64,000 nucleotides of DNA from positions 1,933 to 65,932 of the forward strand of contig CAMAQS010000003.1 in NCBI GenBank assembly GCA_945860565.1. The letters are read 5' to 3'. The notes beneath the pieces are model-generated. The model searched no databases and was not told the DNA's origin. It saw only the letters and a program-made list of their open reading frames with translations. Below, in pieces: positions 38,027-47,858 of the stretch (position 1 is its first letter; the number at the start of each line of letters is the position of its first letter). This DNA is from Chitinophaga pinensis. GTDB taxonomy: Bacteria; Bacteroidota; Bacteroidia; NS11-12g; UBA955. The position numbers and the translations under genes are program-made.

Positions 38027-40363
38027 TTATTCCCAATCTAAATCTTTAATTTCTCTTTTTACGATTTTAGGAGCATCAATGGATTTGGGTTTCAACCGTT
38101 TTAAGCGCTCAACATAACCAATCTCCTTTTCAGATAAGAACCGCCATTTCCCACGTCCAAGTTTTAGTTTATCGAACTCACCCATTAAGACTCTATCCAA
38201 TGCTTCTACCTCGTAACCAAAGTGTTCAAACATTCTTCTAACAATTCTATTTCGTCCTGAATGAATTTCTAATCCTAAAATGGATGGATCATTTTCGTCA
38301 ACAAAACCAATTTGTTCAAATGACATTACTCCGTCTTCTAAATCAACACCTTCAACCCATTGAAGCATGTGTTCTTTGCTTGGTTTTCTTGTAAGCTTTG
38401 CTCTATATATTTTTTTTATTTCAAAACTAGGGTGTGTTAATTTTTGAGACAATTCACCATCGTTTGTTAGTAATAAAACACCAGTTGTATTTCTATCTAA
38501 CCTTCCAATTGGATAAATTCGTTCTTTTCCCGGCAAGTCAATGAGATCCATCACAGTTTTTCTATCCTCTGGATCATCGGTTGTAGTGATGAAGCCTTTG
38601 GGTTTATTTAAAATTATGTAGACTGGTTTTTCAGGCATAATTCTCTGTCCATCAACTCTAACATCATCAGTTGCAAAAACTTTGGTACCCAATTCCGTAA
38701 TTATTTCTCCATTAACTTTAACCAAGCCCTGTGATATCATACCATCAGCTTCTCTCCTGCTGCATAATCCACTATTAGAAATATACCTATTTAAACGGAC
38801 TTCACCATTTAATAATGAAGTTCCTTTTTCTAAACTTGCACCTGCTTTTCTATATTCCTTATTTCCTCCCTTGTACCCAAATTTTGATTTAGTTTCAAGA
38901 TTTTCAATTCTTTCTCTTTTTATTCTTTTTCCTGGAGATTGATTGATACTATCGGCTTCAGGTGTTGCCTTTATTTCAAATCTACTTTTTCTTTCTTCAC
39001 GACTTGGAAAATTGTTTTTTTCTGTACTTGAACCAAACCTCTTATTTTCTCCGCGATCGTTATTTCTGTCAAATGGTTTTGGTCTGTCATTACTGTAGGA
39101 ACCTCTATCATTTGAACGAGGAGAGCTGTTCTCGTTTCTATTATTTCTATCTCTATTAAATCCGCCAGTTTTGTCGTTATTAAATCTATCACCTCCTGGC
39201 CTATCATTGCGAGATCTATCAAAACTAGACCTTACATTTCCAGTTCTGTCACTATTTGTTCTATCACCACTCGGTCTGTCATTTGAAGATCTACTATTGG
39301 ATCTATCAAAACCAGTTCTATCATTTCGGGATCTGTCAAAGCTAGGTCTAACATTTCCTGTTCTGTCACTATTTGTTCTATCGCCACTTGGTCTGTCATT
39401 TGAAGATCTACCATTAGATCTATCAAAACCTGTTCTATCATTTCGAGATCTATCAAAACTGGACCTTACATTGTTAGGTCTGTCACTATTTGTTCTATCG
39501 CCACTCGGTCTGTCATTTGAAGATCTACTATTCGATCTATCAAAACCTGTTCTATCATTTCGAGATCTATCACCATCTTTTGAGAAGCGATTGGGTCTAT
39601 CATTAAATTTATTTGAGGAATCTCTGGAATCTCTATTTTGAAAATCCTTTCTATCTGAAGGGTTTGATCTAAAATTGTCTGGTCTTGTATTATTTCCTCG
39701 ATCTGAACTCCCTCTGAAAGGTTTATCACCAAAGCGACTGTTTCTGTCATTTGGTGCTCCTGAATTACTTCTATTGCTTGGTGGACGAGCTGTAAATCTA
39801 TTGCTGCTTGAATCGTCTCTACGTGGATTGTTTCCGTCTCTTGAATTTGAAAAATCTCTGGTTCCTGGACCTCTATCGTTATTTCTTCTTTCTCTAGGAC
39901 TGTCGGAACCTTCAAATCTATTTTTAGGTGCGTCGCCGCTTTGGTTTCTTGATGAGGTACGATCATTAAATCTTGAATTTCCTCTATCTGGTCTGTTGTC
40001 AGTTCCACGAGAATTATCTCTATTTCTCGGATTAAATGACGAATCAGAGGTTCTACTAGAATCTCTCGGGTTTTTAAATCTATCGTTACTACTTACATTT
40101 CTGTCTGAATTAGTAGATCCAAATTCTCCTTTACCCCAACGTCTATCTGCTCTGTCCTTACCTTCAAAGTTGTTAGAACTAGGATTCCTTTTATTGCTGT
40201 TCTCTTCAAAATTGGGACGCGTTGACGGCCTCTCCACTCTTTTTTCAGAAAATTTATTATCGGAATTGTTATTTTCGTTACTTTTGTTGACGCCACTTTT
40301 TTCAGATACTGGCTTTCTATCCTTGAGGCTAAATTTTTTCCCCTCATTGTTGTTGTTATTCAT
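38027..40363 (-). CDS. rluB: rRNA pseudouridine synthase (RluB/RsuA family) with ~500-aa low-complexity N-terminal extension
   Basis: The C-terminal ~270 aa carry an S4 domain (VRLNRYISNSGLCSRREADGMI) and the catalytic motif PIGRLDRNTTGVLLLTNDG. The N-terminus is R/S/N/D-rich with tandem repeats. Confidence 0.85.
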   Translation of the reverse strand: MNNNNNEGKKFSLKDRKPVSEKSGVNKSNENNNSDNKFSEKRVERPSTRPNFEENSNKRNPSSNNFEGKDRADRRWGKGEFGSTNSDRNVSSNDRFKNPRDSSRTSDSSFNPRNRDNSRGTDNRPDRGNSRFNDRTSSRNQSGDAPKNRFEGSDSPRERRNNDRGPGTRDFSNSRDGNNPRRDDSSSNRFTARPPSNRSNSGAPNDRNSRFGDKPFRGSSDRGNNTRPDNFRSNPSDRKDFQNRDSRDSSNKFNDRPNRFSKDGDRSRNDRTGFDRSNSRSSNDRPSGDRTNSDRPNNVRSSFDRSRNDRTGFDRSNGRSSNDRPSGDRTNSDRTGNVRPSFDRSRNDRTGFDRSNSRSSNDRPSGDRTNSDRTGNVRSSFDRSRNDRPGGDRFNNDKTGGFNRDRNNRNENSSPRSNDRGSYSNDRPKPFDRNNDRGENKRFGSSTEKNNFPSREERKSRFEIKATPEADSINQSPGKRIKRERIENLETKSKFGYKGGNKEYRKAGASLEKGTSLLNGEVRLNRYISNSGLCSRREADGMISQGLVKVNGEIITELGTKVFATDDVRVDGQRIMPEKPVYIILNKPKGFITTTDDPEDRKTVMDLIDLPGKERIYPIGRLDRNTTGVLLLTNDGELSQKLTHPSFEIKKIYRAKLTRKPSKEHMLQWVEGVDLEDGVMSFEQIGFVDENDPSILGLEIHSGRNRIVRRMFEHFGYEVEALDRVLMGEFDKLKLGRGKWRFLSEKEIGYVERLKRLKPKSIDAPKIVKREIKDLDWE
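39201..39570 (-). repeat. 117-bp in-frame tandem repeat (~3.15 copies) inside rluB
   Basis: Copies start at 39201, 39318, 39435 and 39552. Each encodes a 39-aa unit, DRSRNDRTGFDRSNSRSSNDRPSGDRTNSDRTGNVRSSF. Confidence 0.9.
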
Positions 40364-40386
40364 GGCGATAAATTGAATCTACAAAA

Positions 40387-40773
40387 TTACGCAAATAATT
40401 CAACACCTAGTGCAAAAGGAGATTGTTTAATGAGCATTACTTTGTTTTCATCAATTTTATTGTAGCCATATTCATAACAAAATACAAATTCATTGGATTG
40501 TAAAATTTCTTTATGCGTATAAAAATCAAACGCAAAACCCATGTGGGTAAATTGTTTAACAGGAATTTCCATTTTATTTTCAGAAAATTGAGAATAGAAT
40601 TTTTTCAGGATTTTTCTATTTCTTTTTAATTGATAATCAATGAATTTAATCACTTCTGGCTTATCTATATTCGTTCGATTATGATAAGAAGTTCTACAAG
40701 CATCAGAACAAAACTTTTTGTCACTTCTTCCCCTAATGGTTTCTTCGCATTCTAAGCAGACTTTTTTTTCCAT
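40387..40773 (-). CDS. hypothetical zinc-ribbon protein
   Basis: The internal start MEKKVCLECEETIRGRSDKKFCSDAC (ATG 40773) gives a CxxC-x13-CxxxC motif. The longer ORF to 40881 would include the ssb terminator hairpin. Confidence 0.5.
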   Translation of the reverse strand: MEKKVCLECEETIRGRSDKKFCSDACRTSYHNRTNIDKPEVIKFIDYQLKRNRKILKKFYSQFSENKMEIPVKQFTHMGFAFDFYTHKEILQSNEFVFCYEYGYNKIDENKVMLIKQSPFALGVELFA

Positions 40774-40850
40774 ATTAAACTTTAAATTAAATACATTGGG
40801 ACCTATGTTTTCCCCTAAAAAATAATTAAACAAATATTTGGAATAAACGC

Positions 40851-40878
40851 AAAAAAAGGCTGCCTTTTCAGACAGCCT
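40851..40878 (-). terminator. rho-independent terminator of ssb
   Basis: The minus strand reads AGGCTGTCTGAAAAGGCAGCC followed by TTTTTTT, about 20 nt after the ssb stop. Confidence 0.7.
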
Positions 40879-40898
40879 CACTCACAGATTGAGATTCC

Positions 40899-41276
40899 TC
40901 AGAAAGGCATTTCTTCTGTTTCCTGTGTTTCGGTTAAACCATTCTTCTTCTCTAATAATAGAACATCCTTTACCACAATTTCGGTAATTTCACGTTCTTC
41001 CCCGTTCTTGGTTTTATAACGACGATGGTTCAATTTTCCTTCAATAGCGAGCTTCGATCCTTTTTTCACATACTTCTCTATCACCGATGCCAAACTTCCC
41101 CATGCAATTAACTGATGCCATTGAACATCATCAATTGTTTCGCCTTTTCCATTTTTTAACCTTTCACTTGTAGCCATAGACCATTTGATTACTTTGTTAC
41201 CGTTTTCAAATTGAGTTACCACAGGATCTTTTCCAACATTGCCGAATAAACGGACTGAATTCATTAAATTTTTCAT
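40899..41276 (-). CDS. ssb: single-stranded DNA-binding protein
   Basis: OB-fold pattern MNSVRLFGNVGKDP...W..L.AWG and an acidic C-terminal tail ending EEMPF. Confidence 0.9.
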   Translation of the reverse strand: MKNLMNSVRLFGNVGKDPVVTQFENGNKVIKWSMATSERLKNGKGETIDDVQWHQLIAWGSLASVIEKYVKKGSKLAIEGKLNHRRYKTKNGEEREITEIVVKDVLLLEKKNGLTETQETEEMPF

Positions 41277-41410
41277 TTCCTTTCTATATTAGTTTTCGTA
41301 AAATCGTAGCGTTCATTCGCTATCGACAATACAAAGTTGCAACCAATAGATAATTCGAATCGTCTGTTAAACGGTTACAAATGGAAATAAATGTTTGACG
41401 ACTGCTTACT

Positions 41411-42094
41411 TCAAACTCCTATGTTAGCCAAAGTACAAACAGCAATTGCTGCTGTCTCAGTTCTGAGAATTCTTTGTCCAAGTTGGATAACTTTAAAATC
41501 AGAATCCAAAGCCAACTTAATTTCTGTAGGTGAAAAATCACCTTCTGGACCTATTAAAACAAATGAGTTGTGCGCAATTTTTTCTTTTAAATCCTCATCT
41601 TGATCTTGGCAATGTGCAATTAATTTGTTCTCGAAATTAAGAGACAGTACTTCCTTAAATCGTATAATTGAAATTTGGGGCAACCAAGCACCATTGGATT
41701 GTTTAAGCGCAGAAATCGCCGTTTTTTTTAATTTATCTGTGTTTAAATTAGAGCGAATACTTTTTTCTGTTTGAATAAAGTAAAGTGATTTTAATCCCAA
41801 TTCTGTGCATTTTTCTACCAATATTTCAATTCTATCGGAATTTTTTATAATACCAACACCAAGGGTTAACTGCGGTTGATTTTCACTTTTTTTAGATAAA
41901 ACAGCACACTTTACTCCTTTTTTTGAAATTTCACTTATTCTTCCCTGATATTTATTACCCAATCCATCCGTAAAGTAAATGTCATCATTTAATTGATATC
42001 GCAAAACTTGTATCATGTGTTTTGACTCGGACTCATCAAATTCAGCCCTTAAATCAACAATGTTCTGGGTAAAAAAAGTAAAGTTGCCCGGCAT
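41411..42094 (-). CDS. rsmE: 16S rRNA (uracil1498-N3)-methyltransferase RsmE
   Basis: 227 aa. HMIQVLR near the N-terminus and a C-terminal LIGPEGDFS...G.RILRTETA motif. Confidence 0.88.
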   Translation of the reverse strand: MPGNFTFFTQNIVDLRAEFDESESKHMIQVLRYQLNDDIYFTDGLGNKYQGRISEISKKGVKCAVLSKKSENQPQLTLGVGIIKNSDRIEILVEKCTELGLKSLYFIQTEKSIRSNLNTDKLKKTAISALKQSNGAWLPQISIIRFKEVLSLNFENKLIAHCQDQDEDLKEKIAHNSFVLIGPEGDFSPTEIKLALDSDFKVIQLGQRILRTETAAIAVCTLANIGV

Positions 42095-42095
42095 T

Positions 42096-43568
42096 CTAAT
42101 TAAATTTCCAATTTGTACCTTCTTTTGAATCCATCAATTCAATTCCAATTGATTGCAAATAGATGCGAATTTGATCACTTAACGGATAGTTTTTCTCCAT
42201 TTTTGCTGTTTTTCGGATATTAATTAAGAATTCAATAACTTGGTTTAACATATCTGAACTTTCACTACTTAGTGGCTTAATTCCCAATATCCCCCTAAAA
42301 TACTTTTTAAAAATAGATTTTGCTTGTTCAATTGTTTGGGATGAAAACTCTTCGTTTCCATCATTCACCAAGTTAATTCTTCTTGCAAGTTCAAATAATT
42401 GTGCAATAACAATGGGTGTATTTAAATCATCTAAAAGTGCCTTTTCAATTGACTCATCTAAATCCGTAACTGTAGTTGTATTGTTCGATTTAGCTTCAAG
42501 TTTATCCAAAAGCGATTCCGCAAATTCAAGTCTTTTTAAACCCTTTTCAGCTGCAATTAAAGCGTCTTCACTAAAGTCTAAAGTGCTTCTGTAATGTGCT
42601 TGGAGAACTGAAAAACGAAGAACTTCGGGTGAAAAACCGCGAGACAATAAATCGTGATTTCCATCAAATAGCTCTTCTACCTTTATACCATTGTTAAGGC
42701 TTTTGGCCATTTTTTGGCCATTTATAGTAACCATATTGTGATGAATCCAGTAATTAGCTGGATTTACATCATTAGAAGCTTTGCATTGTGCAATTTCACA
42801 TTCATGATGTGGAAATAACAAGTCCATTCCTCCGCCATGTATATCAAAATGTTTACCTAGATATTTAACACTCATAGCGCTACATTCAATATGCCATCCT
42901 GGGAATCCTTTTCCCCAAGGACTTGTCCATTGCATGAGGTGTTCAGGTGAAGCTTTTTTCCATAACGCAAAATCATGGGGATTGCGTTTTTCTTCCTGAC
43001 CGTCTAATGTTCTGTTTTGCGTTGCAGCGCCAGCAACTAGATCTTCAATTATTCTGCCACTTAACTCACCATATGGATATTTTTTATTATAAGAATCTAC
43101 ATCAAAATAAACCGATCCATTTACGTGATAGGCATATCCTTTCTCAATAATTTCTTGGATTAATTCAATTTGTTCAATAATATGTCCACTTGCTTTTGGT
43201 TCAATGCTGGGTCTAAGAATGTTCATTTTATCCATTACATTGTTATACATATCCGTATAAATCTGTGCGATTTCCATTGGCTCAATTTGCTCAATTTTTG
43301 CCTGTTTTTGCAGCTTATCCTCACCTTCATCGGCATCACCCACCAAATGGCCAACGTCTGTTATGTTTTTTACAAAACGCACTTTATAATTCAATGAATC
43401 CAAAAGCCTTCTTAACACATCAAAAACTATTGGTCCACGAACATGACCTAAGTGAGGGGCACCATAAACAGTAGGTCCACACACATAAATTCCTACTTTA
43501 TTTGGATGAATACTTTCGAAATTTTCTAGTTCTCTAGAAAGGGTATTGTACAATTTTAACTTAATCAT
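42096..43568 (-). CDS. cysS: cysteine--tRNA ligase
   Basis: [13 protein letters not shown] (HIGH motif), KMAKS (KMSKS motif), zinc-binding Cys/His pattern. Confidence 0.96.
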   Translation of the reverse strand: MIKLKLYNTLSRELENFESIHPNKVGIYVCGPTVYGAPHLGHVRGPIVFDVLRRLLDSLNYKVRFVKNITDVGHLVGDADEGEDKLQKQAKIEQIEPMEIAQIYTDMYNNVMDKMNILRPSIEPKASGHIIEQIELIQEIIEKGYAYHVNGSVYFDVDSYNKKYPYGELSGRIIEDLVAGAATQNRTLDGQEEKRNPHDFALWKKASPEHLMQWTSPWGKGFPGWHIECSAMSVKYLGKHFDIHGGGMDLLFPHHECEIAQCKASNDVNPANYWIHHNMVTINGQKMAKSLNNGIKVEELFDGNHDLLSRGFSPEVLRFSVLQAHYRSTLDFSEDALIAAEKGLKRLEFAESLLDKLEAKSNNTTTVTDLDESIEKALLDDLNTPIVIAQLFELARRINLVNDGNEEFSSQTIEQAKSIFKKYFRGILGIKPLSSESSDMLNQVIEFLINIRKTAKMEKNYPLSDQIRIYLQSIGIELMDSKEGTNWKFN

Positions 43569-43572
43569 TGCT

Positions 43573-44628
43573 TTACAATTTTTCTTTAGAATACATATTT
43601 AAATAATAATCCTGATATGTACCACTTGTAACTTTTGATAACCAATCTTCATTTTTTAAATACCAATCAATTGTCAATCTAAATCCTTCATCGAAATTAA
43701 TTGTTGGCTTCCAGCCTAGTTTAGATTCTAATTTTGATGCATCAATGGCATACCGGAAATCATGACCAGCTCTATCGGTAACAAAATGAATTAGCTGTGC
43801 AGATGTCCCTAAAGGTCTACTTAATTTTTCATCCATGATATCACATAACTTTTTAACTAGAGATAAATTGTCCCATTCATTGTTCCCACCAACATTATAC
43901 GTATTTCCAATTTCGCCATTATGAAAAATTTCGTCAATGGCAGCTGCATGGTCTTCTACCCATAACCAATCTCTAACGTTACTACCTGTGCCGTAAACAG
44001 GCAATGGCTTATTTTGTTTAATGTTGTTAATCATTAAAGGAATAAGTTTTTCAGGAAATTGGTGACTACCATAATTATTTGAACAATTACTAATTAGAAA
44101 AGGCAATTTAAACGTCTCTCCATAGGCCCTAACAAAATGATCACTGCTTGCTTTACTGGCGCTATATGGTGAATTTGGAGCATACGAAGTTTCTTCAGTA
44201 AATTTACCTTCACTTCCCAAGCTACCATAGACTTCATCGGTACTAACATGGTAAAACCGTCCGGACAAGACATCGCCAAATTGTTTGTATGCGTTCAAAA
44301 GATTTACAGTGCCCACCACATTTGTCATTACAAAATCAATTGGATTTGAAATACTTCTATCAACATGACTTTCAGCTGCTAAATGAATTACAGAATGAAT
44401 TCTATATTTTTCGAACAATGATACCAATTCAGAAAAATTACAAATATTACCTTTTACAAATTGATAATTCTCTTTGGTTTCGACATCCACCAAGTTTTCA
44501 AGATTTCCTGCATAGGTGAGGCAATCAAAGTTGATAATTTGATATTCAGGATATTTATTTACAAATCTCCGAACCAAATGAGAGCCAATAAAACCAGCGC
44601 CCCCAGTAACTAAAATATTCTTTTTCAT
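43573..44628 (-). CDS. rfbB: dTDP-glucose 4,6-dehydratase
   Basis: GGAGFIGS Rossmann motif, YSASKA catalytic motif, length 351 aa. Confidence 0.92.
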   Translation of the reverse strand: MKKNILVTGGAGFIGSHLVRRFVNKYPEYQIINFDCLTYAGNLENLVDVETKENYQFVKGNICNFSELVSLFEKYRIHSVIHLAAESHVDRSISNPIDFVMTNVVGTVNLLNAYKQFGDVLSGRFYHVSTDEVYGSLGSEGKFTEETSYAPNSPYSASKASSDHFVRAYGETFKLPFLISNCSNNYGSHQFPEKLIPLMINNIKQNKPLPVYGTGSNVRDWLWVEDHAAAIDEIFHNGEIGNTYNVGGNNEWDNLSLVKKLCDIMDEKLSRPLGTSAQLIHFVTDRAGHDFRYAIDASKLESKLGWKPTINFDEGFRLTIDWYLKNEDWLSKVTSGTYQDYYLNMYSKEKL

Positions 44629-45545
44629 TTTATTGTTTTAACATTAAAAACTTGAACGTGTAATGGCGAATAACTTGGAACACCAATTCTTCCATTGGCG
44701 CCAAAGCCAAAACTTGATGTCACTAAAAATTCCATGTTACAACCGGGTTTAACATAAAATGGAAATTCGTTTAAAGCCCTAATTTCATTTATAAATTGCT
44801 CCCAAGTAGATTTGTATTTTCTTCCTTCAACTCTACTATCAATAACTAAATCACCATTTAAACGACTTACAACAACATCAAACTCTAGCTCATCTTCCAA
44901 TTGTTTGGGCATGAATTGCAACATATTTGGAGTTAAAATTGGACAATCTTTGCCCGTATTATTCTTTGAATAGCGGTAATAAGCTTTAGCCAAGGTATCT
45001 AAAACCCAAGGTTCTTTATTTTTATTTTCTTGGATATATTTTTTAATCTCATTTTGTTCTTTCTGTAATCTTTTTATTCCTTTATCTGAAATAAATACAT
45101 AATAGTCTTGTGCTGAAACTATTTTATATACATCAAAAATTACTCTTGTCCATTGATTTGAAGGCAATAACTGAACCTTATAATGACTTGATACTTTTTT
45201 CTTAAGACTATCGGTGGAAATTTTGACTTCAAGTTTGCTGCCTGCACTTGCCATTTGTAGTGCTTCCATTAGTTCATTCTGGGGATTAACTGGATATGGT
45301 ACTTCCACAAACGTATCAGAATTATAAGAACTTTGAATGGTATCTCCATCAGGACCAATTATAGCATAATTCACAAAGCAATAATTATCTGAATTCAAGG
45401 GAGTTTCGATTTTTTCACCTTCTAGAAATCGGTATTTTAAACCAGATTTTGTGGTATGGTACATAAAAAAATTTCTATAGGAATAAAAACCTAAAGATAT
45501 GAATATCAGGGCAATAATGATTAGGATGAGGTTTTTTTTATTCAT
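44625..45545 (-). CDS. membrane-anchored protein with two degenerate FKBP-type PPIase-like domains
   Basis: N-terminal TM helix. TKSGLKYRF...VNYAIIGPDGDTI and a C-terminal GANGRIGVPSYSPLHVQVFNV resemble FKBP-fold patterns. Weak evidence. Confidence 0.4.
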   Translation of the reverse strand: MNKKNLILIIIALIFISLGFYSYRNFFMYHTTKSGLKYRFLEGEKIETPLNSDNYCFVNYAIIGPDGDTIQSSYNSDTFVEVPYPVNPQNELMEALQMASAGSKLEVKISTDSLKKKVSSHYKVQLLPSNQWTRVIFDVYKIVSAQDYYVFISDKGIKRLQKEQNEIKKYIQENKNKEPWVLDTLAKAYYRYSKNNTGKDCPILTPNMLQFMPKQLEDELEFDVVVSRLNGDLVIDSRVEGRKYKSTWEQFINEIRALNEFPFYVKPGCNMEFLVTSSFGFGANGRIGVPSYSPLHVQVFNVKTIK

Positions 45546-46570
45546 TAGGATATCAAATTTAATTCTTCCTTGTATTCTTGAATTACAGTTTTGAATTTAG
45601 ATACTACATCTTCAAGGGGTTCTTCACTTTGACCACCTGCCGCGTTGATATGTCCGCCCCCAGAAAAATATTTTGCAGCGAATAAATTTGCCGCAAAATT
45701 ACCCTTACTTCTAAAACTCATTTTTACTCTTTCTGTTCTATCTATAATTAAAACACTAAAAACAATCCCTTTAAGTCCAAGTCCAAAATTAACTAGACCT
45801 TCTGTATCTCCGGTAACTACATCAAATTGAGACAATTCTTGGCTATTTAAGTAAATGAGGGCTGTTTTGCAATCTTCCAAGATTTCTAGCTTATAATAAA
45901 GGCAATAACCAAATAATTTGCTTCTATTTAAAGTAAACGAATGGTAAATCGTTTCGTAAATTGAAACATGTTTGGCACCAAGGGACATTAATTCGGCTGC
46001 AACTTTATGTGATTGCGGTGAAGTATTAATGTATTGAAAGTTTCCTGTATCGGTCATTAATCCAGTATAGAGACAGTTTGCCGCATTAGAATTAATTACT
46101 TCAACACCAAAATTAGTAGATGCCCATTCAAAAATAAGTTCACAAGTGCTACTAGATTCATTGTTCCAATAGGCAAATTGATAAAATTCTTCTGGATTCT
46201 GATGATGATCAATCATAACAATTGGCAAATTCGTAGAGACAATTTTTTCGCCCAATTTATTGATTCTTCCAATTTGATTAAAGTCTAAGCAAAAAACGAT
46301 GTCTGATTTTTGTAATATTTCCTCAGCAAGTTGGACGTTATTTTCAAAAATAATTACTTTTTCATTCCCCGGCATCCAAATCAAATTTTCAGCATAATCC
46401 GTTGGAGTAATAACGGTATTGTTTAGGCCTAAATGTGAGAGTATATGGCTTAAACCTAATGAAGAACCCATGGCATCTCCATCAGGTTTATGGTGAGTTG
46501 TTATAACCGCATTCTTGTATTTCAAAGATTTTAAATCGGCAACTAAATCTAATGTGGAATCAATTCTCAT
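45545..46570 (-). CDS. DHH family phosphoesterase (NrnA-like oligoribonuclease/pAp phosphatase)
   Basis: HHKPDGDAMGS, MIDHHQN (DHH motif) and a DHHA1 GGGH motif. Confidence 0.88.
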   Translation of the reverse strand: MRIDSTLDLVADLKSLKYKNAVITTHHKPDGDAMGSSLGLSHILSHLGLNNTVITPTDYAENLIWMPGNEKVIIFENNVQLAEEILQKSDIVFCLDFNQIGRINKLGEKIVSTNLPIVMIDHHQNPEEFYQFAYWNNESSSTCELIFEWASTNFGVEVINSNAANCLYTGLMTDTGNFQYINTSPQSHKVAAELMSLGAKHVSIYETIYHSFTLNRSKLFGYCLYYKLEILEDCKTALIYLNSQELSQFDVVTGDTEGLVNFGLGLKGIVFSVLIIDRTERVKMSFRSKGNFAANLFAAKYFSGGGHINAAGGQSEEPLEDVVSKFKTVIQEYKEELNLIS

Positions 46571-46613
46571 TTATTTTGCAAAAATACGGATAACCTAAGG
46601 TAAATTTGCAATA

Positions 46614-47858
46614 ATGGGTAGCTCAGAGTATAGGCTTTATACATTAGACAATGGCCTACGTGTAGCACATTATAAAACTCCTTCCACAAACATTCTACAT
46701 TGTGGTTATGTAATACATGCTGGCAGCAGAAATGATGGAGAAATGCCAGGTTTGGCACACTTTTTAGAACATATGTTTTTTAAAGGCACTAAAAATCGTA
46801 AAACAATTCATGTATTAAATCACTTAGAAGTTGTAGGAGGCGAACTTAACGCTTTCACGACAAAGGAAATAACTGCTATTTACGCAACTGTACAGAAAAA
46901 ACATTTGGGACGAGCCATAGACATTCTCACCGATATTACATTTAACTCGACATTTATAGAAAATGAAATTCAAAAAGAGAAAATTGTAATTAAAGATGAA
47001 ATCAATATGTATCTTGACTCCCCAGAGGAAAATATTTACGATGAATTTCAAGAACTGGTATTTAATAACCATCCAATTGCTCATAATATTTTAGGGAACT
47101 CCAATTCAGTAGAAAGTATATCTAAAAGCAATTTATTGTCATTTGTAGATAAATATTACCATCCAGAAAACATGGTATTTGTTGTAGTTGGAAATATTTC
47201 CATCGAAAGAGTTGTGAATCATTTGAATAAACATTCTAACAATCTTAAGTTTAATGATTTTCAAAAAACCAATAATTCTTCTCTTTTCAAGTATGAACAT
47301 CCCCAAAGAGTCGAAAAAAGATTAGATTTTGGTCAATCCTATGCTATAATGGGAATTCCAACCTATTCAGAAACGAATCAAAAACGTTATCCATTATTTT
47401 TGTTAAATAACCTTTTGGGTGGTCCAGGTATGAATAGCCGACTAAATATTGCAATCCGAGAGAAATATGGTTACACCTATCATATTGAAAGTGGTTTTCA
47501 AACATTTGAAGATACTGGACTTTTTCATTGTTATTTAAGTTGTGAAGAAAAATACCTCAAAAAGTCAATTGAACTAATTGAAAAACAACTTCATAAATTA
47601 AAAAATGATGCTTTAGGTAGAATACAACTTAGCCAAGCTAAAAATCAACTTATTGGTCAGTTGGTTTTGGCAAATGAAGCCAGGAGTGGTCTAATTTTGC
47701 ATATTGGAAAGGGAATATTAAAACACGGTAAAGCAAATTCAATTGAAGAAACAATTCGTAATATCCAATCAATATCAGCTCTAGATCTTATGGATGTAGC
47801 GAATGAAGTATTAAAACTCGATCAATTTAGTCATTTATACTATTTGCCTGAAAAATGA
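46614..47858 (+). CDS. M16 family (pitrilysin/insulinase-like) zinc peptidase
   Basis: Inverted zinc motif HFLEHMFFKG (HxxEH) followed by the downstream E of the M16 family. 414 aa. Confidence 0.88.
   Translation: MGSSEYRLYTLDNGLRVAHYKTPSTNILHCGYVIHAGSRNDGEMPGLAHFLEHMFFKGTKNRKTIHVLNHLEVVGGELNAFTTKEITAIYATVQKKHLGRAIDILTDITFNSTFIENEIQKEKIVIKDEINMYLDSPEENIYDEFQELVFNNHPIAHNILGNSNSVESISKSNLLSFVDKYYHPENMVFVVVGNISIERVVNHLNKHSNNLKFNDFQKTNNSSLFKYEHPQRVEKRLDFGQSYAIMGIPTYSETNQKRYPLFLLNNLLGGPGMNSRLNIAIREKYGYTYHIESGFQTFEDTGLFHCYLSCEEKYLKKSIELIEKQLHKLKNDALGRIQLSQAKNQLIGQLVLANEARSGLILHIGKGILKHGKANSIEETIRNIQSISALDLMDVANEVLKLDQFSHLYYLPEK

Noticed and set aside
39201-39570. The 117-bp tandem repeats as a possible CRISPR array or satellite.
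   Set aside because: The copies are directly adjacent with no unique spacers. Their length is a multiple of 3, and they are in frame within a coding sequence.
38971-40347. Alternative minus-strand frames inside rluB (38971..39222, 39232..39456, 39466..40008 and 40093..40347).
   Set aside because: These are frame-shifted shadows caused by codon-poor repeat DNA. They overlap the real rluB frame completely.
39171-40376. Long plus-strand ORFs (39171..39641 and 39675..40376) rich in L/S/P/F.
   Set aside because: They are antisense translations of the low-complexity, repeat-containing N-terminal region of rluB. They have monotonous composition, no start context and no motifs. The minus-strand frame continues into a genuine pseudouridine synthase domain.
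40774-40881. The N-terminal 36 codons of the longest ORF 40387..40881.
   Set aside because: This segment contains the ssb rho-independent terminator hairpin. The ATG at 40773 gives an N-terminal zinc ribbon directly.
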